Below, in pieces: positions 9,566 through 16,822 of a DNA stretch of 64,000 nucleotides. Each line of letters opens with the position of its first letter. Positions within the stretch are counted from its first letter, which is position 1. Location of the stretch: positions 28,250 to 92,249 of the forward strand of contig JAFAID010000253.1 of the NCBI GenBank assembly GCA_019236925.1. Reading direction: 5' to 3'. Source of the stretch: Mycobacterium sp. GTDB taxonomy: Bacteria > Actinomycetota > Actinomycetes > Mycobacteriales > Mycobacteriaceae. The notes beneath the pieces are model-generated. The model was not told the origin of the DNA and ran no database searches. It was given only the letters and a program-made list of their open reading frames with translations. A program made the translations under genes and the position numbers.

Positions 9566-9690
9566 ATGAGTGTCGATGTCGTGCAGGTGGTCGCCGAGGT
9601 TGGTCCGGGTCTAACTGAGACGCGACCGAAGTTGCCGCGGGTCGTGTCGGACCCTTGTGCCACGGTGATTGCTATGGCGCATCGGTTATC
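9566..9690 (+). pseudogene. tnpA: Remnant of IS607 serine recombinase TnpA, in frame with tnpB
   Basis: VVQVVAEVGPGLTETRPKLPRVVSDPCATVIAMAHRLSRF resembles the remembered mycobacterial IS607 TnpA segment VVxEVGSGLNGKRPKLRRILSDPxxxVIVVEHRDRLARF. Confidence 0.72.
9645..9666 (+). promoter_or_regulatory. PafBC/RecA-NDp-like promoter motif upstream of tnpB2
   Basis: TGTCGG-N10-CACGGT, then 7 nt to ATG 9674 (leaderless spacing). Confidence 0.45.
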
Positions 9691-11140
9691 GCGGTTCGAG
9701 ATTCCGGACGGCTGGGTAGCGCAAGCGTACCGGTTCGCGCTCGACCCCACGCCTAGGCAGATCGAAGCGTTGCTATCGCATGCGGGCGGTGCCCGATTCG
9801 CCTACAACACGATGCTCGCGGCGGTGAAGGCCAACCTGGATCAACGCGCAGCAGAACGCTCGTACGGGATCGCCGAGGTCGGACTGACGCCTTGCATGGG
9901 TTGGTCGTTCCAGTCGCTGCGCAACGACTGGAACCGCCGCAAACACACTGCCGCAGTTCGCAACGATGGCACGCCGTGGTGGCCGAACAACTCCAAAGAG
10001 GTATATAGCAATGCTTGCCGAGCGCTGGCCGAAGCATTGTCCAACTGGGGCGCCTCTCGCAAAGGTGCCCGCAGCGGGCAACCGATGGGATTCCCCCGCT
10101 TTAAAGCGAAAGCCTCTGCAATCAAGAAGTTCTCGTTCTCCACCGGAGCTATTCGACTTGAATCGGACCGCAAGCATGTCACCTTGCCCCGGCTCGGCAC
10201 GATCAAGACGCATGAGACCACCCGTAGACTTGCGCGCAGGGTGGAGACCGGCAGTGCCCGCATCCTCAAGGCGACCGTCTGCTTCGATCGGGGACGCTGG
10301 CTGGTGTCGTTCACCTGCATCGTGGCACGCGGCACCGGGCGGCCAGCCCATGTGAAATCGGGTGCCGGATTGGTGGGCATCGACACTGGGGTCAAGGACC
10401 TGATCGTCGTGGCGAACCCGCAGGGCCAGGAGCTCGAACGGTACCCCGCGCCGCGCGAGCTCAAGCATGCACACCGGAAAGTGCGCGCGTTGCAACGAAA
10501 GGCAGCCCGCCAGGTCGGCCCGTGGGACCACACCGCCAAGCGCAAGCAAGAATCGTCGAAGGGGTGGCAGCGCACGCAAAGAGATATAAGCCGCGCGCAT
10601 GCACGAGTGGCCAATCTGCGCGCCGAGCGGATCCACAAACTCACAACGCGGCTCAGCCAAACCCACTACGTGATCGGCGCCGAGACTCTGGCCGTGAAAA
10701 ACATGATAGCTGCTGGTGGATCACGCAAACGCGGTCTGAACCGCTCGCTCGCCGATGCCGGCCTTGGCGATTTGTTCCGCCAACTCGACTACAAGACCGG
10801 CTGGTACGGCTCGCGCATCGTCAAGGCCGCCCGTTGGTTTCCCAGCTCAAAGTTGTGCTCACGCTGCGGTGTGGTGAAAGCCAAGCTGCACCTTTCGGAG
10901 CGAACCTATCAATGCGACAGCTGTGGCCTCACGATCGACCGAGACCTCAACGCAGCGGTCAACCTAGCGCGCTACGCGCAAGGCGAAACGGACCCGAGTA
11001 CCGGGGTCGTCACCGGTGGAGCCGACCGTAAGCCGTTACCGAACGGTGACGCTGGTGGCAGTGAAACCCGAACCCGAGCCGAAGTAGGCGTTGACGCCGA
11101 TAACGGTGGGAGTGCCTCGTCCAAAGAGGAGGCTGCCTGA
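9674..11140 (+). CDS. tnpB: IS607-family RNA-guided endonuclease TnpB (alternative in-frame start at 9566)
   Basis: WWPNNSKE, GFPRFK, RuvC-I GIDTG, RuvC-II GAETL, zinc finger CSRC..CDSC, RuvC-III DRDLNAA. Confidence 0.95.
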   Translation: MAHRLSRFEIPDGWVAQAYRFALDPTPRQIEALLSHAGGARFAYNTMLAAVKANLDQRAAERSYGIAEVGLTPCMGWSFQSLRNDWNRRKHTAAVRNDGTPWWPNNSKEVYSNACRALAEALSNWGASRKGARSGQPMGFPRFKAKASAIKKFSFSTGAIRLESDRKHVTLPRLGTIKTHETTRRLARRVETGSARILKATVCFDRGRWLVSFTCIVARGTGRPAHVKSGAGLVGIDTGVKDLIVVANPQGQELERYPAPRELKHAHRKVRALQRKAARQVGPWDHTAKRKQESSKGWQRTQRDISRAHARVANLRAERIHKLTTRLSQTHYVIGAETLAVKNMIAAGGSRKRGLNRSLADAGLGDLFRQLDYKTGWYGSRIVKAARWFPSSKLCSRCGVVKAKLHLSERTYQCDSCGLTIDRDLNAAVNLARYAQGETDPSTGVVTGGADRKPLPNGDAGGSETRTRAEVGVDADNGGSASSKEEAA

Positions 11141-11179
11141 AATGCCTAGCAATACAACTACTCACATCTCAGGTAACGG
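11000..11179 (+). ncRNA. Predicted omegaRNA scaffold of tnpB element 2 (extent approximate)
   Basis: GTGGAGCCGACCGTAAG..GCTGGTGGCAGTGAA segment typical of IS607 tnpB 3' ends; hairpin CCTCGTCCAAAGAGGAGG. Confidence 0.55.
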
Positions 11180-11188
11180 ATGACGATG
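11178..11188 (+). repeat. 11-bp direct repeat GGATGACGATG, right copy
   Basis: Identical to 9511-9521. Confidence 0.9.
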
Positions 11189-12334
11189 GATTACGACCTC
11201 GGTGCCGGCGCCGTCGAACTCAGAAAACGCCTGCGGGAGTTGATCTCCGCGCACATCCCGGAGGGTTTTTTGGGTGCCTGCACCGACGACCCGAGAGACC
11301 TCGCCACCACCGAGTCGTTTTGCAAGCTGCTGGCCTCCGACGGGCTACTGGCCCTGGCCTGGCCGAAAGAGCATGGTGGCGGCGGGGGTTCGGTGTGGCA
11401 GCAGACCGTGCTGCGCGAGGAGATGTGGGCCCACCACGAACCCCGCGGCGCGCAGTACATGGGCATCAACTGGGTCGGGCCCGCGGTGATGCGGTACGGG
11501 ACCGCCGAGCAGAAGGCCCGACACTTGTCGGCCATCTCCGCCGGAGAAGTCATCTGGTGCCAAGGATTCTCCGAACCGGAAGCCGGAACCGATCTCGCCT
11601 CGCTGCGCACCCGGGCGGTTCCGGACGGCGACGGTTGGCGTGTCACCGGCCAGAAAGTCTGGACATCCTACGCGCAGATGGCGTCCTGGTGCGTGCTGGC
11701 GGCCTGCACTGACCCGAACGCTCCGAAACCCAAGCGGCTCAGCTTGTTTCTCGTTCCGATGGATCGGCCCGGCATCACCGTGCGGCCGATCCGCTCGATG
11801 CTTGGGCCGCACCACCTCAACGAGGTGTTCCTCGACGACGTTGAGGTGTTCGCCGACGAGGTCCTCGGCGAGGTCGGTGACGGCTGGCGGGTGATGCGCG
11901 AGGCGCTCGCCTTCGAACGGGTCGGGATCGCCCGGTATGCGCGGTGTGAGTCGCTGCTGGACCGGATGCAGTACGAACTCGGCGACGACTGGGACCGGTT
12001 GCCCGAGTCGATCCGGACCCGCTGGGTGCGGGCACTGATCGACCTGCGGGTCGCGCGGCTGCTGGCCTACCGCGCGGTGTCGCTACAGCATGACCCGTCG
12101 GCAGGCCCGGCGGCCAGCGCGGCTCGCATCGCGACCACCACCTGCGATCAGCAGGTCGCCGAGCTGCTGTTCGACGTGCTCGGCCCCTCGGCGCTGGACA
12201 GCGGGACTTCGGCACGACTCCACGGGGCCGTTGAAGACCACTGGCGTTACGCCCAGGCAGCCACTGTGGCGTCGGGAACGATCGAAGTACAGCGGATGCT
12301 GGTCGCACGCGAAACGTTGGGGGATCACGGGTGA
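11180..12334 (+). CDS. Acyl-CoA dehydrogenase
   Basis: WCQGFSEPEAGTDLASL, TVASGTIEVQR. Confidence 0.94.
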   Translation: MTMDYDLGAGAVELRKRLRELISAHIPEGFLGACTDDPRDLATTESFCKLLASDGLLALAWPKEHGGGGGSVWQQTVLREEMWAHHEPRGAQYMGINWVGPAVMRYGTAEQKARHLSAISAGEVIWCQGFSEPEAGTDLASLRTRAVPDGDGWRVTGQKVWTSYAQMASWCVLAACTDPNAPKPKRLSLFLVPMDRPGITVRPIRSMLGPHHLNEVFLDDVEVFADEVLGEVGDGWRVMREALAFERVGIARYARCESLLDRMQYELGDDWDRLPESIRTRWVRALIDLRVARLLAYRAVSLQHDPSAGPAASAARIATTTCDQQVAELLFDVLGPSALDSGTSARLHGAVEDHWRYAQAATVASGTIEVQRMLVARETLGDHG

Positions 12335-13266
12335 ACACCGCTCTGCCAGAAGACATCACCGAGTTCGGCGCGGTCGCCGCCAAACGGTTCGTCCGGTTCG
12401 GCGGCCCGCAGGCAGCGCTGCGGGCCGAGACCGAGGACCACCTCCGGCACGATGCCCGGTCCGCGCTTGCCGACCTGGGCGCATTCGACCTCGACGTCAG
12501 ATCCGCTGGCGACGATCTGCTGGCGGCCGCTGTGCTCTGCCAGGCGGCGGGTGCAGCGGCCCTGCCCTACCCGCTCGTCGAAGAGTTGCTGGCGATCGAC
12601 GGCGCTCGGCTCGCCCTGGTGAATGCCGAAGCGCCGCGCATCGATCACGGCGACCTGGCCGGCGACTGGATCGCGGCCGACCTCGACGGCAAGCGCTACC
12701 GCATCCAACCGACGTCGCGAACCAGCGCCAAGCTGGGGCCGTTTCTGGTGCCGGCCACCTTGACCGAGTCCGACGGCACGGTGCCGGCAGCCGACGTCGA
12801 TCTGCACCTGACACTGGGATCCTGGCGGATTCTGGGCGCGGTGCAGCAGGCTTTGGAGATCACCCGCCAGCACGTCACCGCGCGAACGCAGTTCGGCAAG
12901 CCGCTGGCCGAATTCCAGGCCGTCCGGTTCACCATCGCCGACGCCTCGGTCGCCGTGCGCGGGCTTTACGAACTCGCCAAGTACACCATCAGCCGAACGG
13001 AATCAACTGCGGCCCAAATACGTTCGGCAGATGCGCTGATACTCCGGCTCAAGGCCGCCGATACCGCACGCCAGGTGCTGCGCACCGCGCACCAGTTGCT
13101 TGGCGCGCTGGGCTTTTGCGACGAGTCCGATGTCAGCATCCTGGACAGGCACACGCAGCCACTGATCCGGCTACCGGTCAGCAGCGAAATGCTTGCGCTG
13201 CGCCTGATGCCCGGTGTTCGCGGCGGGCAACTTGAGACACTGTTCTCTAAGCCGGTTTCCGCATGA
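12331..13266 (+). CDS. Acyl-CoA dehydrogenase (short partner subunit)
   Basis: RTQFGKPLAEFQAVRF, HQLLGALGFCDE; GTGA overlap. Confidence 0.9.
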   Translation: MNTALPEDITEFGAVAAKRFVRFGGPQAALRAETEDHLRHDARSALADLGAFDLDVRSAGDDLLAAAVLCQAAGAAALPYPLVEELLAIDGARLALVNAEAPRIDHGDLAGDWIAADLDGKRYRIQPTSRTSAKLGPFLVPATLTESDGTVPAADVDLHLTLGSWRILGAVQQALEITRQHVTARTQFGKPLAEFQAVRFTIADASVAVRGLYELAKYTISRTESTAAQIRSADALILRLKAADTARQVLRTAHQLLGALGFCDESDVSILDRHTQPLIRLPVSSEMLALRLMPGVRGGQLETLFSKPVSA

Positions 13267-14765
13267 GTTCAGAACCAATCACGTCTGACGTGATTTCCAC
13301 TCCGGCAGACGAAGAAATTCCGTTCGGGACCAAACTTCAGCAGCTCGCCGAACAACGTCCTGACGACACGGCCGTGACCATTATCGCCCGCAACGGCACG
13401 GCGCACTCGATGACCTTCGCCGACCTGGATGGCCGGGCCAATCAATGGGGGCGCGCGCTGGCCGCAACCGGTGCTGAAATCGGTTCGCTTGTCGCGCTTG
13501 CGATTCCGAACTCCGAGCAGCTGGTGCTAGCTGCGCTGGGCTGCTGGAAGATCGGCGCTGTTCCCATTCCGATGCGGTGGGACCTGCCGGATTGGGAGCG
13601 GTCTCGGGTGCTGGAGGTGATCGACCCGACCGTCATCGTCGACGAACAAACCCGACACGCGCTGGCCTCGCGCGCCGTCGAACAGTCCGACGAGCCGCTT
13701 CCCACCGCGGTGTCCCCCAACGCCAACGGGATATGCAGCAGCGGGTCGACCGGGCTGCCCAAGGTGATTCTCACGCTGGCGCAAGGAGTTTGGACGCCAG
13801 AATCGTCGTTCCCCTTCTTGGCCGCCTGGGCTCCGACCGCCCAGCCGCAGACCATCCTGGTTCCCGGTCCGATGTATCACACCAACGGTTTTTCACCGCT
13901 CACCTACCTGTTGGGCGGTGACCGATTGGTGGTGCTGGAAAAGTTCGATGCGGCAATCGTGGTCGACGCGGTCGAACGGTATCGGATCACCAATTTCACC
14001 GCCACGCCGACCATGCTGGCTCGCATCGTCGCTCTCCCCGACATCCACCGGCGGGATTTCTCCAGCGTCGCATGGATCTTGCAGGGCGCCGCGGTGATGC
14101 CGCATGCGCTGCTGCACACCTGGTTCGACCTGCTCAGCCCGGAGCAAGTCGTGATGGCGTACGGGATGACCGAAGGTCTGGGGATCACTGCTTTGCGCGG
14201 TGACGAGTGGCTGGCTCATCCGGGCAGCGTCGGCCGCGGCTTCCGGGACACCGAAGTGCGGATTCTGGATCCGCAGGGCCGGACGGTGGCAACCGGTGAG
14301 CTCGGTGAGGTCTACCTACGCTCACCGATGAGCGCCGGGTATCGGTACCTGGGTGGGGCGCCGCTGTTGCCGTCGACTTCCGACGGGTTTCGGACCGCCG
14401 GTGACATCGGCCACCTCGACGCCGACGGTTACCTCTACATCGCCGACCGCCGTAGCGACATGATCATCACCGGGGGCGCCAATGTCTTTCCGGCGGAAGT
14501 GGAATGCGCATTGGCCGAGCACGACGACATCGTCGATGTCGTCGTTATCGGACTCGCCGATCCCGAATGGGGGCGCCGGGTGCACGCCGTCGTACAGCTC
14601 GCCGACCCCGCGGCGCCGCTGACCGAGCAGCAGGTCATCGCCTACGCGAAAACCCGACTGGCTGCCTACAAGGTTCCCAAGACGGTGGAGTTCGTCGACG
14701 AAATCCCGCGCACCGCGGCGACCAAGGTCAACCGATCGGCCATGATCGCGGAGCGAGGCGGCTGA
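13263..14765 (+). CDS. AMP-dependent acyl-CoA synthetase
   Basis: SSGSTGLPK, YGMTE, TAGDIG, KVPK. Confidence 0.94.
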   Translation: MSSEPITSDVISTPADEEIPFGTKLQQLAEQRPDDTAVTIIARNGTAHSMTFADLDGRANQWGRALAATGAEIGSLVALAIPNSEQLVLAALGCWKIGAVPIPMRWDLPDWERSRVLEVIDPTVIVDEQTRHALASRAVEQSDEPLPTAVSPNANGICSSGSTGLPKVILTLAQGVWTPESSFPFLAAWAPTAQPQTILVPGPMYHTNGFSPLTYLLGGDRLVVLEKFDAAIVVDAVERYRITNFTATPTMLARIVALPDIHRRDFSSVAWILQGAAVMPHALLHTWFDLLSPEQVVMAYGMTEGLGITALRGDEWLAHPGSVGRGFRDTEVRILDPQGRTVATGELGEVYLRSPMSAGYRYLGGAPLLPSTSDGFRTAGDIGHLDADGYLYIADRRSDMIITGGANVFPAEVECALAEHDDIVDVVVIGLADPEWGRRVHAVVQLADPAAPLTEQQVIAYAKTRLAAYKVPKTVEFVDEIPRTAATKVNRSAMIAERGG

Positions 14766-15140
14766 TCACTTAATCAGGGGCCACGGGTAGAGCCACCACG
14801 TCGAATTGTCGGTCCGCCCGATGTACTGCGGGCAGTAGGCAGAGATGGAAGCGCCGATGAAGTAGCCGGATTTGTTCAGCGAGAGATCGGTTTCCTTCGT
14901 CAGTTTCATCGCCAGGATGGCTGATTTATTGCTTTTGTCGAGTTCGGCGCACACCGTATGGGCGATCGCAATTGCGGTGTTCTGATCGTTAAAGACGATC
15001 CCCTCCTTGGCAAGGGCCGCAACGAAGTCACCATCGGTGGGGTCTGCCGATGCCGGCGCTGCGCAAAGCAGCGCGGCGGCGGACATCAGGACCGCGCAAA
15101 CTGTCGACCACTTCTCAGGACGGACGTTCACATCAGCCAT
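14766..15140 (-). CDS. DUF732-domain secreted protein
   Basis: Signal peptide ..APASA/DPTDGDFVAAL..AHTVC..FIGASISAYCP. Confidence 0.85.
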   Translation of the reverse strand: MADVNVRPEKWSTVCAVLMSAAALLCAAPASADPTDGDFVAALAKEGIVFNDQNTAIAIAHTVCAELDKSNKSAILAMKLTKETDLSLNKSGYFIGASISAYCPQYIGRTDNSTWWLYPWPLIK

Positions 15141-15238
15141 AGCCTCGCCTCAAAGAAGGACTGACATTATGTTAGCCGAAATCGAGACGTTGGTCTTTGC
15201 TGCTAGCAGGTACGCAGACGTGGACGTCTGCCGCCATC

Positions 15239-16330
15239 TCAGCTGATGCTGTTGATCGCGGCGGCAACCTTGGTCTGGAAGTCGGACGGCAACGGGATGT
15301 ATCCGAGCGGTGTGAGGCCTTGCTGTCCTTCGGTGATGGTCGACTGCATGAACGCTTTCACGGCCTTACCGACCTCAGGATCGGGGTATTTGGAGCAGAC
15401 GATTTCATAGCTGGCCAGCAGGATCGGGTAGGCGCCAGGCGCCGTGGTGGCGTAGACCTTTGAGAGGTCGAGCACCAGATCGTTGCCCTGGCCTTTGATG
15501 GTGACATCCGAGATGGTCTTGCCGACCCAGTCGTTGCCGATGTGAACGACGCCGCCCGCAGTCTTGATTCCTGCCACATCGAGGTGCTGCTTCATGGCGT
15601 ACGACCACTCGTTGTAGGTAATAGCGCCCTCAGTCTTCTTGACGGCCTCCGACGTGCCCTCGTTGCCTTCGGCGGAGGTTCCCACGCCTCCGTTGAAGGC
15701 TTTGCCGGCGCCCTTCGTCCAGGCGCCGCCAGACGCGGCCTGCAGGTACTGCTGGAAGTTGTCGCTGGTTCCGGATAAGTCGCTGCGGTAGATGACGTGG
15801 ATATCCTCGGCGGGCATGTTTCCGTTCAACGCGGTGATGGCCGGGTCGTCCCAGCGCGTGATGGCGCCGCTGAAAATCTTGGCGAGCGTAGGTGCGTCGA
15901 ACGTGAGGACGTCGGTCGATTTGACGTTGAAGGTGATCCCTATCGGACCGAAGACGACCGGCAGGTTCCACGCGTCGGCCCCGCCGCAGCGCTGCTTGGC
16001 GGAGGCGTACTCCTGACCGCTCAGCGGTGAGTCCGATCCGCCAAAGTCGGTCTTGGCGGCGAGAAAGTCGGCGACGCCGGCTCCCGAGCCGTTGGCCGTG
16101 TAGGTGAGCTGCTTGCCTGAGCACGATTCCTCGTAGCTCGTGATGAAGTGGCTCATCGCGTTGGCTTGAGCGGTCGAACCGCTGCCCGTGATGTTCTGCT
16201 TGCCCCCGCAGTCGACCTTGACGCCCCTGGCGTACGTCGGCGGCGTGTCGAGCTGCGTACATGCCGAGAGTGCAAGACTGCCCGCGATGAGCAGGCCGGC
16301 GACCGCCCGGGATCCGTTGTGCTGCTTCAT
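15239..16330 (-). CDS. pstS: Phosphate ABC transporter substrate-binding lipoprotein PstS
   Basis: Lipobox LSAC; GSGSTAQ, GSGAG, FGGSD, RSDLSGTS, YPIL; RBS GGAGG. Confidence 0.94.
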   Translation of the reverse strand: MKQHNGSRAVAGLLIAGSLALSACTQLDTPPTYARGVKVDCGGKQNITGSGSTAQANAMSHFITSYEESCSGKQLTYTANGSGAGVADFLAAKTDFGGSDSPLSGQEYASAKQRCGGADAWNLPVVFGPIGITFNVKSTDVLTFDAPTLAKIFSGAITRWDDPAITALNGNMPAEDIHVIYRSDLSGTSDNFQQYLQAASGGAWTKGAGKAFNGGVGTSAEGNEGTSEAVKKTEGAITYNEWSYAMKQHLDVAGIKTAGGVVHIGNDWVGKTISDVTIKGQGNDLVLDLSKVYATTAPGAYPILLASYEIVCSKYPDPEVGKAVKAFMQSTITEGQQGLTPLGYIPLPSDFQTKVAAAINSIS

Positions 16331-16822
16331 GTTTGCCTCCTCGAAAACAACCGGTTAACCGCACATCGGCTGCCCGTTAGTGGGCCGGAAATTCATTGTC
16401 GTGCGCGCCTCAACGCCGCGCTTCGATTCGAGCACGTCAGCGAGCATTGTTAGCGTGCAATATCGAAATCGAATCAAGCCCGAAGCAAACAACAGGTGAA
16501 GCCATTCTCGGGTCGGCAGGTTTGCCATCCGTGTCGGCATCGATATCGCGGAGCATGTTGGATTTCGGTCTGCTCAAAGGCGCTGATATGGCTTTGAATT
16601 GCGTCAACGCACGTCGGGCCCACAGCGTTCTCGCAGGCTCTGTTTCGAGATCAGCACAGTTTGCCGAATTCATCCGGCCGTTAGCACCCGTTCAGTTACC
16701 TGACTTAGCGTCTGCGGGGTTGACGCTGGTCAGTGGGTTGTGCACGCCAGCGAAACGGCGCTGCATTGCCGCGCGTGCAGCGTCGGGTAGGCGAAGTCGA
16801 TGGCGACGACTGGAGAGGTGAC

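Larger units (their letters stand above)
9513..11179 (+). mobile_element. Internally deleted IS607-family (IS1535-like) element: tnpA remnant + tnpB
   Basis: TnpA-like peptide VVAEVGPGL..RPKLPRVVSDP..VIAMAHR; TnpB begins RFEIPDGWVAQAYRFALDPT; right end ...CTCACATCTCAGGTAACGG ends in GG as in IS607-family ends. Confidence 0.82.

Noticed and set aside
9513-9674. IStron (group I intron fused to an IS607 element)
   Set aside because: Only ~160 nt lie upstream of tnpB, mostly tnpA remnant, leaving no room for a group I core; the insertion is between genes
5699-11140. Nuclease-dead TnpB (TldR-type transcription factor)
   Set aside because: Both proteins keep all three RuvC acidic residues and the zinc finger
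16331-16822. PHO box or riboswitch between pstS and the MFS gene
   Set aside because: Only a single GGTTAACC-like word; no convincing spaced repeats or known aptamer core recognised
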